From a virus (taxonomy: Duplodnaviria > Heunggongvirae > Uroviricota > Caudoviricetes): a stretch of DNA of 40,464 bases. Shown here one piece after another: positions 1-8,862 of the stretch; the stretch's first letter is position 1, and each line of letters opens with the position of its first letter. The position numbers and the translations under genes were made by a program. Under the pieces are notes generated by a model. That model did not search any database and was not told the DNA's origin. It was given only the letters and a program-made list of their open reading frames with translations. Where the stretch lies: positions 1 through 40,464 of the IMG/VR virus record IMGVR_UViG_643348545_000008, one strand, 5' to 3'.

Positions 1-1131
1 TCAAATGACCAGTTTTTTCCATTCCTTACCGCGTGCGTCGTTGTAAATATCGGTCATTTTTTGATGCGAATGGCCTAGCAAAATTTTGGTATCAACCCCC
101 TGCTCTCTGAACAATCGCTCTGATAAAGATCTCTGCTCATGGAAAGAGGGAGGGGTGCCATTAGCACGCCAGTTGTAATCCACAGAATCCCGGGCTTTTT
201 TAAATGCAACGGTTAATGTTGCTGGCTTAACCATCCCGCCGCGCTTAGCTGTCCCTTTCGCGTGATGGTGGTGCAATAGCCACGGACTAAGAACGCAATC
301 GCGGCAGGATGACACCACATCATCCAGGGTGAGATTTAATTTATCGCAACGCAGAGCCAGAGGGATGGCAATCCGGGTTCCTGTTTTTTGCTGTTCGACA
401 TGAAGATAACCATCCCGGATATCCGAAAATTGCATTTTGCAAATATCTGAAAGGCGCTGGCCTGTCATCAGTGCCAGCAGCATACCGCGCTGTAAAAAGT
501 AACCATCCTTTTCCGCTGCGTTATAAATCATCATCCACTCATCAAAAGTCAGTCGCTGTCTTGATATCCGCACCTGCGGTTTTTTTGCCGATTCTGCAGG
601 GTTAAAGCCTGGCGGGACATCGCCCGTTTGCTGAGCTTCCCGGAAAACATCGATCAGTACTTTCCTGAAAATTTGTCCCATTCTGTTATGTCCTCTGGCC
701 TTGTACTCTTCCAGTACTGATACCACATCTTTTACGGTTATGGCATCTAACGGTCTGGTGCCAAAACGTTCATCAAATACCCTGAGAGGGGCCGCTTTCT
801 GTTTCAGCGTGTTGAGTTTGATCTCGCCGTTTTCATATCTTTCCTGTTGAATTTTTCTGTAATTATTCAGAAAAATGGTAACGGTTGATGAACCGCCGGT
901 ATCACTAATAATTTTCTCCTGCAGACTGAGCATTTGTTCCATTTGCTGCCGGGCAAGACGGCTGTTCGCTTCTGCTGCAATAGTTTCTGCCAGTTTCTGG
1001 TCAATACTGCCGAGACCGTGATTTTTGCCTGTTATGGGATGCCTGTAACGCCAGTAAACTTTGTTATTTCTTTTGTCAAAATACGGAGATAATCCCGGAA
1101 CATCGGTTTTATATTTTCGCGGGCGCGCCAT
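1..1131 (-). CDS. int: Phage tyrosine integrase (376 aa)
   Basis: Full-length minus-strand ORF ending at the window edge. Carries tyrosine-recombinase motifs (TGQRLSDI box; LLGHSHQKMTDIY near the C-terminus). Sits next to an Xis-like gene. Confidence 0.85.
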   Translation of the reverse strand: MARPRKYKTDVPGLSPYFDKRNNKVYWRYRHPITGKNHGLGSIDQKLAETIAAEANSRLARQQMEQMLSLQEKIISDTGGSSTVTIFLNNYRKIQQERYENGEIKLNTLKQKAAPLRVFDERFGTRPLDAITVKDVVSVLEEYKARGHNRMGQIFRKVLIDVFREAQQTGDVPPGFNPAESAKKPQVRISRQRLTFDEWMMIYNAAEKDGYFLQRGMLLALMTGQRLSDICKMQFSDIRDGYLHVEQQKTGTRIAIPLALRCDKLNLTLDDVVSSCRDCVLSPWLLHHHHAKGTAKRGGMVKPATLTVAFKKARDSVDYNWRANGTPPSFHEQRSLSERLFREQGVDTKILLGHSHQKMTDIYNDARGKEWKKLVI

Positions 1132-1357
1132 CTTCCAGTATCCTCTTCAAAGCAGGGTGATCTGTGGCGATCACCTCCGGCTTGTTTACCATTCCGACAA
1201 AGCGAGCTTGCGGATCCACTCGCCAGCGTCTTCCAACTTTTTTGGGGAGAGGAAATATCATTCCGGCTTTAGCGTATTTACTTAACGTACTCGGAGTTGG
1301 GACCGGTTCACTGAATTCCTCTTTTGCCCACTCAGTGAGCAGAATAAGTCTTGCCAT
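1109..1357 (-). CDS. xis: Excisionase (Xis-like, 82 aa)
   Basis: Small basic protein directly upstream of and overlapping the int start. LTEWAKEE...IFPLPKKVGRRWRV pattern resembles lambda Xis (LQEWNARQ...IFPPPVKDGREY). Confidence 0.6.
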   Translation of the reverse strand: MARLILLTEWAKEEFSEPVPTPSTLSKYAKAGMIFPLPKKVGRRWRVDPQARFVGMVNKPEVIATDHPALKRILEDGAPAKI

Positions 1358-1421
1358 GAGCGTCGTTCGCTAATCATGGTCGCCGCCACTATAGCTGGTG
1401 GGCAACGACCGGGGTTGAACA

Positions 1422-1766
1422 TTAAAAATCAGCCTGATTCGGGATCAGTTTTTGCCAGATAACTGAAACGTATTTTGCCTGGTAACGGGCGTCATCAAGT
1501 GCATTATGGCGCTCACCTTCGAATGGAATAGCCGTTCTGGCATCGAAGTCTATGGCTTTCCCCAGCTCAACGATTGTGCGTACATCGCGATCGTTGTAGT
1601 AACGCCACGGGCAGGGGATCCCCTGCCGTTCGTATGAACGGCGCAAAATCGTGTTGTCGAAGTTGGCTCCATTTCCCCAGACCTGAACAAAAAATTCACC
1701 GGAGTTTTCGTCGATAAATTCCCGCAATTGTAACAGTGCATCATCTAACGGGATTTCATCGGTCAT
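1422..1766 (-). pseudogene. 3'-5' exonuclease (DEDDh/DnaQ-like), N-terminally truncated fragment
   Basis: The 114-aa ORF has Exo II-like (NGANFDNTIL) and Exo III-like (HNALDDARY) motifs but no Exo I (DxE) segment. Its first codon lies 2 bp from the IS1 end, so the 5' part appears to be missing. Confidence 0.55.
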
Positions 1767-1783
1767 AAGGTAATGACTCCAAC

Positions 1784-2287
1784 TTACTGATAGTGTTTTA
1801 TGTTCAGATAATGCCCGATGACCTTGTCATGCAGCTCCACCGATTTTGAGAACGACAGTGACTTCCGTCCCAGCCTTGCCAGATGTTGTCTCAGATTCAG
1901 ATTATGTCGCTCAATGCGCTGAGTGTAACGCTTGCTGATAACGTGCAGCTTTCCCTTCAGGCGTGATTCATACAGCGGCCAGCCATCCGTCATCCATACC
2001 ACGACCTCAAAGGCCGACAGCAGGCTCAGAAGACGCTCCAGTGTGGCCAGAGTGCGTTCACCGGAGACGTGCGCCACAACAGTCCTCCGTATCCTGTCAT
2101 ACGCGTAAAACAGCCAGCGCTGACGTGATTTAGCACCGACGTAGCCCCACTGTTCGTCCATTTCAGCGCAGACAATCACATCACTGCCCGGTTGTATGCG
2201 CGAGGTTACCGACTGCGGCCTGAGTTTTTTAAGTGACGTAAAACCGTGTTGAGGCCAACGCCCATAATGCGTGCACTGGCGCGACAT
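1784..2287 (-). CDS. insB: IS1 InsB transposase frame (167 aa ORF; expressed as InsAB' by frameshift)
   Basis: Protein matches IS1 InsB. It overlaps the insA 3' end as in IS1. Confidence 0.9.
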   Translation of the reverse strand: MSRQCTHYGRWPQHGFTSLKKLRPQSVTSRIQPGSDVIVCAEMDEQWGYVGAKSRQRWLFYAYDRIRRTVVAHVSGERTLATLERLLSLLSAFEVVVWMTDGWPLYESRLKGKLHVISKRYTQRIERHNLNLRQHLARLGRKSLSFSKSVELHDKVIGHYLNIKHYQ

Positions 2288-2481
2288 CCGACGCCATTCA
2301 TGGCCATATCAATGATTTTCTGGTGCGTACCGGGCTGAGAGGCGGTGTAAGTGAACTGTAGTTGCCATGTTTTACGGCAATGAGAGCAGAGATAGCGCTG
2401 ATGTCCGGCAGTGCTTTTGCCGTTACGCACCACGCCTTCAGTAGCGGAGCAGGAAGGACATCTGATGGAAATGGAAGCCAC
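2206..2481 (-). CDS. insA: IS1 InsA (91 aa)
   Basis: Protein [43 protein letters not shown] matches IS1 InsA. Confidence 0.9.
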   Translation of the reverse strand: MASISIRCPSCSATEGVVRNGKSTAGHQRYLCSHCRKTWQLQFTYTASQPGTHQKIIDMAMNGVGCRASARIMGVGLNTVLRHLKNSGRSR

Positions 2482-2632
2482 GCAAGCACCTTAAAATCAC
2501 CATCATACACTAAATCAGTAAGTTGGCAGCATTACCCGACGCCTGATGAAATACATGACGAAGCAAAAGATATTTTCTTTAACTACTGCAATTACTCATA
2601 TCACGAAATAAAAGACGAAGAGGAAGAGCAAA

Positions 2633-2809
2633 ATGGCTGATTTTGGTTCAACTAAATACAACGTCAGTTTTGAAGCATGGCATGAACTGTTAATGGACTA
2701 TGCAGAGTTACGTGGTGGCAGTGCTGCTGATGCTGAAGCATGGCGTGATGATTATGAAGCAGGAAAAACTCCGGTCGAAGCATATTGTGATGAGTGGGGC
2801 GATGAATGA
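2633..2809 (+). CDS. Hypothetical small acidic protein (58 aa)
   Basis: ATG preceded by a gaggaagag RBS. Its stop overlaps the next start (ATGA coupling). Confidence 0.45.
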   Translation: MADFGSTKYNVSFEAWHELLMDYAELRGGSAADAEAWRDDYEAGKTPVEAYCDEWGDE

Positions 2810-3321
2810 GCGAGATTAATTATCAGGAAGGGCATGAAACGGCAGGGCAGGCAAAACCAGTTGCATGGCGATATCGCTACGTGAAAAAAGACGTTACAGA
2901 CTTTCAGGGGAAGCCGTGGGCTGGTGACTGGAAATATGTACCGACAAAAGAGGATTGTAACGACAGGCCGAACTATGAAATTCAGGCCTTATTCATCGGC
3001 CCGCCAGTCCCGGTGACATCAGAAGGACTGGTTAAAGCCGTGCGCTTTTATGAACAGGTAAAGCGTGAGAATCCGCCAGTCGAAACAGGAGCATGGAAGG
3101 ATGCTGTTGACTGGGTGCTCAGAGAGGCCTGCTGCGCTGCCATTCTGGGTAAAGCCGACAATCCACCAGCATCCGGCAATCAGGTTAGCGAATTAACAAT
3201 GTGGGTTAAACGACTGGTCAGTCAACTGAAAAAAGCTCAGCCGGACTGCAAATTACCGGAGAAGGCGATGGATTACCTGAAACGAAATGGACTGATAAGC
3301 GTGGAGGATGTTTTACGATGA
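2806..3321 (+). CDS. Hypothetical prophage protein (171 aa)
   Basis: Long ORF translationally coupled to the upstream small ORF. No family recognised. Confidence 0.55.
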   Translation: MSEINYQEGHETAGQAKPVAWRYRYVKKDVTDFQGKPWAGDWKYVPTKEDCNDRPNYEIQALFIGPPVPVTSEGLVKAVRFYEQVKRENPPVETGAWKDAVDWVLREACCAAILGKADNPPASGNQVSELTMWVKRLVSQLKKAQPDCKLPEKAMDYLKRNGLISVEDVLR

Positions 3322-3441
3322 ATATTTAGACTAAAGAGTTTGTAACGCTATGTAAGTGATTTTTTCTGGTTTAGATATTTATATGTCCGGCCAAATTGAG
3401 GTGTGTTTAAATGTTATTGCACATTGATTGTAGGGGGAATA

Positions 3442-3621
3442 ATGAAAAACGCATTGCAGTTTTTGTTTGTTGCGTTCTGGTTGTTCGCATCATGTATGCC
3501 CATCATCTTCACAGCAAGGTATATGGAAAAAATTGATGTTTTGATATTAATGTTTGGACATATAAATGCCCTTTTTTTAGGGGTGTTCATGGCGGTCATG
3601 TGCATTGAATACTGGCGGTAA
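3442..3621 (+). CDS. Small hydrophobic membrane protein (59 aa)
   Basis: Internal ATG preceded by an agggggaa RBS. Two predicted hydrophobic helices. AT-rich gene with an AT-rich upstream region. Confidence 0.35.
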   Translation: MKNALQFLFVAFWLFASCMPIIFTARYMEKIDVLILMFGHINALFLGVFMAVMCIEYWR

Positions 3622-3879
3622 ATACAGCGAACGCCATTGGTTTAGTTGGATATTTACTGTGCCGGACAAAAACGGTTTGCGGGGAAATCTTAGTTAAGTA
3701 GAATAACTGCGGGTGCTTGAGGCTATCTGTCTCAGGCATGAACACCAAAAGGCAGATAGAGAAAAGCCCCAGTTAACATTACGCGTCCTGCAAGACGCTT
3801 AACATTAATCTGAGGCCATATCTATGCGACACATAGAGATTAGCCTCTTACGGACCGAAAGGTCAAGGAGAAGCAGGCT

Positions 3880-4035
3880 ATGAAGCAGCAAAAGGCGATG
3901 TTAATCGCCCTGATCGTCATCTGTTTAACCGTCATAGTGACGGCACTGGTAACGAGGAAAGACCTCTGCGAGGTACGAATCCGAACCGGCCAGACGGAGG
4001 TCGCTGTCTTCACAGCTTACGAACCTGAGGAGTAA
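3880..4035 (+). CDS. hok: Hok/Gef-family type I toxin (51 aa)
   Basis: MKQQKAMLIALIVICLTVIVTALVTRKDLCEVRIRTGQTEVAVFTAYEPEE is a clear Hok/Gef family sequence. A short upstream ORF ends at ATGA overlapping the start. A terminator follows. Confidence 0.85.
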   Translation: MKQQKAMLIALIVICLTVIVTALVTRKDLCEVRIRTGQTEVAVFTAYEPEE

Positions 4036-4105
4036 GAGACCCGGCGAGGGATAAATCCCTCGCCACCTCTGATGTGGCAGGCATCCTCAACGCACCCGCA
4101 CTTAA

Positions 4106-4130
4106 CCCGCTTCGGCGGGTTTTTGTTTTT
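4106..4130 (+). terminator. Intrinsic terminator of the hok transcript
   Basis: cccgc-ttcg-gcggg hairpin followed by tttttgttttt. Confidence 0.6.
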
Positions 4131-4251
4131 ATTTTCAACGCGTTTGAAGTTCTGGACGGTGCCGGAATAGAATCAAAAATACTTAAGTAGCGCGCAGGGA
4201 TAAGAGGGATGGTCCCTTAAAGGGGAGAGCTAATTATCCGGAAGGATTCTG

Positions 4252-4503
4252 ATGATGAACATCGAAGAACTGCGTAAAATTTTTTGTGAAGATGGCCTCT
4301 ATGCTGTGTGCGTTGAAAATGGAAACATTGTTAGTCATTACCGCATTCTGTGTTTGCGAAAGAATGGGGCTGCGTTAATTAATTTTGTGGATGCTCGGGT
4401 CACGGACGGATTTATCTTGCGCGAAGGTGAGTTTGTCACTTCATTACAGGCACTGAAAGAGATCGGAATAAAAGCAGGCTTTTCAGCTTTTGCAGAAGAA
4501 TAA
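4252..4503 (+). CDS. Hypothetical protein (83 aa)
   Basis: ORF with a ggaagga RBS. No family recognised. Confidence 0.45.
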   Translation: MMNIEELRKIFCEDGLYAVCVENGNIVSHYRILCLRKNGAALINFVDARVTDGFILREGEFVTSLQALKEIGIKAGFSAFAEE

Positions 4504-4569
4504 ACTCATCTACAATCTTGCGCGGGGCTGAACTCCCGCTGAGTAACACCGTGCCACCGGAGAAAACCG

Positions 4570-4848
4570 ATGGCACGCAACGTAAAATATTACAAACATG
4601 ATAATTCGACCGTTCTTGCCCACACGCACGAGCGGTATTCTCACGCATTCAAGTCTGAATGGTTCCAGCACCCTCCATGCACTGAAGAGCAGGCTGAATG
4701 GATAATTCAGTGTTACCGCAGGCGCGGATACGAGGTTAAGAAAGCCCTTAGTCTCGACTACCGTCACTGGATAATCTCAGTCAGGCTTCCTTACTCCGAA
4801 CGCCCACCGCGTCTGTCCCGCACATTCCAGCAACGCATCTGGAGGTAA
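4570..4848 (+). CDS. Hypothetical protein (92 aa)
   Basis: ORF with a ggagaaa RBS. No family recognised. Confidence 0.45.
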   Translation: MARNVKYYKHDNSTVLAHTHERYSHAFKSEWFQHPPCTEEQAEWIIQCYRRRGYEVKKALSLDYRHWIISVRLPYSERPPRLSRTFQQRIWR

Positions 4849-4849
4849 C

Positions 4850-5899
4850 GTGCGGGTATTACTTCGACCTGTTCTGGTACCGGAACTCGGGCTGGTGATC
4901 GTTAAGCCGGGCCGTGAATCCATGCCGGTATTCCACAATACCCGGGTACTGGTGGAGCCGGAACCGAAAAGCATGCGTAATCTGCCGTCCGGGGTCGTTC
5001 CTGCCGTTCGCCAGCCGCTGGCGGAGGATAAATCATTACTGCCATTTTTCAGCGACGAACGAGTGATTCGTGCTGCTGGTGGCGCTGGCGCATTGTCTGA
5101 CTGGTTACTGCGGCATGTTAAATCCTGCCAGTGGCCACACGGCGATTATCACCACAGTGAAACCGTCATTCACCGTTATGGTACCGGCGCAATGGTGTTG
5201 TGCTGGCACTGCGACAACCAGCTGCGTGACCAGACATCCGAATCACTCGAGCAACTTGCTCATCAAAACCTGTCAGCATGGATGATTGACGTCATCGGTC
5301 ACGCAATAAGCGGTACGCAGGAGCGTGAATTATCTCTGGCTGAATTATCCTGGTGGGCGGTCCGCAATCAGGTGGCGGACGCGCTACCGGAAGCGGTATT
5401 ACGTCGTTCGCTGGGGTTGCGTGCGGAAAAAATCCGCTCAATGTACCGTGAAAGCGACATCGTACCGGGAGAGCAGACCGCCACCAGCATACTGAAACAG
5501 CGCACAAAAAATCTTGCGCCGCTGCCTCACGCCCACCAGCAACAGAACCCACCACAGGAAAAGACGGTGGTCAGCATTGCCGTTGATCCTGAGTCTCCGG
5601 AATCTTTCATGAAACGACCTAAACGTCGCCGCTGGGTTAACGAGAAATACAAACGCTGGGTGAAGACACAGCCGTGTGCGTGTTGTGGTCAGCCAGCCGA
5701 CGATCCCCATCACCTGATTGGTCACGGTCAGGGAGGGATGGGAACAAAGGCCCACGATATTTTCACGCTACCGTTGTGCCGGGAACATCACAACGAACTT
5801 CATGCGGATCCGCTGGCGTTCGAAGAAAAGCATGGTTCTCAGGTTGATTTAATTTTTCGTTTTCTTGATCACGCCTTTGCAACTGGCGTGCTTGGGTAA
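4850..5899 (+). CDS. Nin-region protein, DUF968/YdfU-like, with C-terminal Cys/His HNH-like motif (349 aa)
   Basis: GTG start preceded by a ggaggt RBS. C-terminal CACCGQ...HHLIGHGQGG...CREHHNELH motif. Position immediately upstream of rusA is typical of lambdoid nin regions. The family name is recalled, not searched. Confidence 0.6.
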   Translation: MRVLLRPVLVPELGLVIVKPGRESMPVFHNTRVLVEPEPKSMRNLPSGVVPAVRQPLAEDKSLLPFFSDERVIRAAGGAGALSDWLLRHVKSCQWPHGDYHHSETVIHRYGTGAMVLCWHCDNQLRDQTSESLEQLAHQNLSAWMIDVIGHAISGTQERELSLAELSWWAVRNQVADALPEAVLRRSLGLRAEKIRSMYRESDIVPGEQTATSILKQRTKNLAPLPHAHQQQNPPQEKTVVSIAVDPESPESFMKRPKRRRWVNEKYKRWVKTQPCACCGQPADDPHHLIGHGQGGMGTKAHDIFTLPLCREHHNELHADPLAFEEKHGSQVDLIFRFLDHAFATGVLG

Positions 5900-5911
5900 A
5901 AGAGGTGACTG

Positions 5912-6286
5912 ATGCTCATAGATTTGGTTTTACCTTACCCGCCGACGGTGAACACTTACTGGCGACGCCGTGGCAGCACATATTTTGTATCAAAAGCCGG
6001 GGAGCGTTATCGCCGGGCAGTGGCGCTTATTGTTCGCCAGCAGCGCTTGAAATTAAGCCTGTCCGGACGGTTGGCAATAAAAATTATTGCAGAACCACCG
6101 GATAAGCGCCGCCGTGACCTGGACAATATTCTGAAAGCGCCGCTGGATGCGCTGACGCATGCGGGGTTGCTAATGGACGATGAGCAGTTTGATGAAATCA
6201 ATATCGTTCGTGCTCAGCCAGTATCTGGTGGACGTCTGGGGGTGAAGATTTACCCCATAATGCTTGAAGGGCAGGTCAAAAAATGA
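5912..6286 (+). CDS. rusA: Holliday junction resolvase RusA (124 aa)
   Basis: PYPPTVNTYWRRRG ... RRRDLDNILKAPLDAL ... GGRLGVKI are characteristic RusA motifs. Located just upstream of Q. Confidence 0.85.
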   Translation: MLIDLVLPYPPTVNTYWRRRGSTYFVSKAGERYRRAVALIVRQQRLKLSLSGRLAIKIIAEPPDKRRRDLDNILKAPLDALTHAGLLMDDEQFDEINIVRAQPVSGGRLGVKIYPIMLEGQVKK

Positions 6287-7104
6287 AACTGGAAGATTTA
6301 CCGAAATACTACTCCCCAAAATCCCCCGGCCTGACTGATGCATCGGCCTCAACGTCGAAAGATGCGCTGAGTATCACTGATGTGATGGCCGCGCAGGGCA
6401 TGACACAGAATCGGGCTGAGATGGGGTTTTCTGCGTTCCTGGGGAAAATGGGCATTAGTATGAATGACAGAGAGCGGGCAACAGAATTGCTGACAGAATA
6501 TGCACTCAGTCGGTGCGATCGTGTGGCGGCGTTGAGAAAACTTCCGGCAGAAATAAAACCGGTAGTGATGCGCATTATGGCTTCGTACGCTTTTGAGGAT
6601 TATGCCCGCAGCGCAGCGAGTAAAAAGCAGTGCCCCTGTTGCCGAGGGGAAAAATTTATTGAAGGCGAAGTTTTTACAAACAAGGTTCAGTATCCGGATG
6701 GCAAGCCGCCAGTATGGGCAAAGTGTACGAAAGGTGTGTATCCGTCTTACTGGGAAGAATGGAAAAAAATTCGGGAGGTGGTGAAAGTTTCTTGTCCTGA
6801 ATGTAAAGGGAAGGGGGAGATTTCCACTGCCTGTAAAGACTGCCGTGGGCGTGGTGTCGCCATTCATCGTGAAGAGTCGGTAAAACGTGGTATGCCTGTT
6901 ATCAGAGACTGCCAGCGTTGTGGTGGTCGTGGCTGTGAAAGACTACCATCAACGGAGGCATTTAATGCCATACGCAAAGTGACGAGTGCTATCACGCTTG
7001 ATACGTGGAAAAAATCAGTGAAACGCTTTTACGATACGTTGGTGGTTCGGTTTGACATTGAAGAGGCATGGGCGGAGCGGCAGTTAAAGAGGGTAACGCG
7101 ATAG
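6283..7104 (+). CDS. Late-gene antiterminator Q (Qin/phage-82-type, 273 aa)
   Basis: Overlaps the rusA stop (ATGA). Multiple CxxC zinc-finger pairs and an MKLEDLPKYYSPK N-terminus like QuuQ-type antiterminators. Followed by a promoter-terminator pair. Confidence 0.75.
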   Translation: MKLEDLPKYYSPKSPGLTDASASTSKDALSITDVMAAQGMTQNRAEMGFSAFLGKMGISMNDRERATELLTEYALSRCDRVAALRKLPAEIKPVVMRIMASYAFEDYARSAASKKQCPCCRGEKFIEGEVFTNKVQYPDGKPPVWAKCTKGVYPSYWEEWKKIREVVKVSCPECKGKGEISTACKDCRGRGVAIHREESVKRGMPVIRDCQRCGGRGCERLPSTEAFNAIRKVTSAITLDTWKKSVKRFYDTLVVRFDIEEAWAERQLKRVTR

Positions 7105-7109
7105 TGTTG

Positions 7110-7137
7110 TTGATTTTTCCCGAATCTGTGGTAAATT
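7110..7137 (+). promoter_or_regulatory. Candidate late promoter pR' (-35 TTGATT, 16-nt spacer, extended -10 TGgTAAATT)
   Basis: Sigma70-like hexamers directly after the Q stop, where pR'/qut is expected. Confidence 0.45.
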
Positions 7138-7186
7138 TGCCCTAACGATGGGCGTTTTATGCCTGACGTTAGAAGATTTTTTACAC

Positions 7187-7209
7187 CCCGCCGCCTGGCG
7201 GGTTTTTTA
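7187..7209 (+). terminator. Candidate tR' terminator
   Basis: cccgcc-gcct-ggcggg hairpin plus tttttt, about 50 nt downstream of the candidate pR'. Confidence 0.5.
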
Positions 7210-7330
7210 TGACTGAAATCGCGTCAGTACAGTAAACGCGCTGGTGGCGGTGAATACCTGTCTTTCAGCTTGCTGGCTTTTTCGACAAGAGTTATTGGTG
7301 TGTCACGTTAACCGGAAAAGGGAAAAAGAC

Positions 7331-7528
7331 ATGCTGAAACAGCAGGATATGACCGAAACCGCCAGAGTGGTGTTTAATGAATTAAGTGCCACCGAACCGG
7401 CGACAGTCGGGGAGATTGCGCAGAATACTTACCTTTCACGTGAACGCTGCCAGTTAATACTGACCCAGCTTGTTATGGCGGGACTGGCAGACTATCAGTT
7501 CGGTTGTTACAGACGCCTTCAGTCCTGA
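7331..7528 (+). CDS. Small putative winged-helix DNA-binding protein (65 aa)
   Basis: ATG with an aaaaggga RBS. ATVGEIAQNTYLSRERCQLILTQLVMAGLADY resembles a helix-turn-helix. Followed by a terminator. Confidence 0.4.
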   Translation: MLKQQDMTETARVVFNELSATEPATVGEIAQNTYLSRERCQLILTQLVMAGLADYQFGCYRRLQS

Positions 7529-7539
7529 AGGCTTTTTTA
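7515..7539 (+). terminator. Intrinsic terminator
   Basis: gccttcag-tcc-tgaaggc hairpin followed by tttttt. Confidence 0.55.
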
Positions 7540-7678
7540 TTTGTGGTAAATGGGCGGCTGGTGGGTGTTAGGGGCACTCACCAGCCATCTGCTCATGCGT
7601 CCGGATCACAAGCAAACCTCAGGCCCACTGCTTTGCGCAAAAGCAGAATGAGCCTATCAGAGACAGGCTTAATGATCC

Positions 7679-8737
7679 ATGCTTAATACTGTAAAAATAT
7701 CCAGTTGTGAGTTAATCAACGCCGACTGCCTGGAATTTATCCGGTCGTTACCCGAAAATTCTGTTGACCTGATAGTCACGGACCCGCCGTACTTTAAAGT
7801 GAAGCCTGAGGGCTGGGATAACCAGTGGAAGGGCGACGATGATTACCTGAAATGGCTGGACCAGTGTCTGGCGCAGTTCTGGCGGGTGCTGAAACCTGCC
7901 GGAAGTCTTTACCTGTTCTGTGGCCATCGCCTGGCGTCTGACATTGAAATCATGATGCGTGAACGCTTCAATGTGCTGAACCATATTATCTGGGCGAAGC
8001 CGTCCGGACGCTGGAACGGGTGCAACAAGGAAAGCCTGAGGGCATATTTCCCCGCCACAGAGCGCATTCTGTTCGCGGAACATTATCAGGGGCCGTATCG
8101 CCCGAAAGATGCCGGGTATGAGGCGAAGGGCAGGGCACTGAAACAGCATGTGATGGCCCCGCTGATTTCTTACTTTCGTGATGCGCGTGCTGCCCTGGGG
8201 ATAACGGCAAAACAGATTGCTGATGCCACAGGAAAGAAAAACATGGTGTCGCACTGGTTCAGTGCCAGCCAGTGGCAGCTACCGGACGAAAGCGATTATC
8301 TGAAATTACAGGCGCTGTTTGCCCGGGTGGCAGAAGAGAAGCATCAGCGCGGAGAACTGGAAAAGCCACATCACCAACTGGTCAGCACATACAGTGAACT
8401 GAACCGGTAGTATACGGAACTGCAGAGTGAATATAAGCATCTGCGGCGGTATTTTGGTGTGACGGTGCAGGTGCCGTACACCGATGTGTGGACGCATAAA
8501 CCGGTGCAGTACTATCCCGGGAAACATCCGTGCGAAAAACCGGCAGAAATGCTGCAGCAGATAATCAGCGCGAGCAGTCGTCCGGGTGACCTGGTTGCAG
8601 ATTTCTTCATGGGGTCAGGTTCGACAGTCAAAGCAGCGATAGCGCTGGGACGTCGTGCAACTGGCGTTGAGCTGGAGACTGAGCGTTTTGAGCAGACGGT
8701 CAGGGAAGTTCAGAATTTAGTCAGTCAGAACGGATGA
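7679..8737 (+). pseudogene. DNA methyltransferase (N6-adenine/N4-cytosine type) interrupted by one in-frame amber codon at 8408..8410
   Basis: ORFs 7679..8410 (DPPY motif) and 8459..8737 (FFMGSGST SAM-binding motif) are in the same frame. Only one TAG separates them and the 16 codons in between are open. Confidence 0.6.
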
Positions 8738-8777
8738 TATTGCAGAATTAGTTACGTACCGTTATTATCCTATGCCC

Positions 8778-8853
8778 GGCCCTTTAGCTCAGTGGTGAGA
8801 GCGAGCGACTCATAATCGCCAGGTCGCTGGTTCAAATCCAGCAAGGGCCACCA
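8778..8853 (+). tRNA. tRNA with CAT anticodon, closest to E. coli tRNA-Ile2 (ileX/ileY-like; formally Met/Ile)
   Basis: 76-nt cloverleaf with GGCCCTT/AAGGGCC acceptor stem, anticodon loop CTCATAA, TTCAAAT T-loop and encoded CCA. Confidence 0.8.
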
Positions 8854-8862
8854 TATCACATA

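Larger units (their letters stand above)
1769..2536 (-). mobile_element. Insertion sequence IS1 (768 bp)
   Basis: Canonical IS1 terminal inverted repeats (ggtaatgactccaacttactgat ... atcagtaagttggcagcattacc) flank insA and insB. The 9-bp flanks (cggtcataa / cgacgcctg) do not match. Confidence 0.9.

Noticed and set aside
1760-1768. The ATG at 1764..1766 as the genuine start of a complete small exonuclease
   Set aside because: The expected N-terminal Exo I motif is missing and the ATG sits 2 bp from the IS1 end, so truncation is the better explanation.
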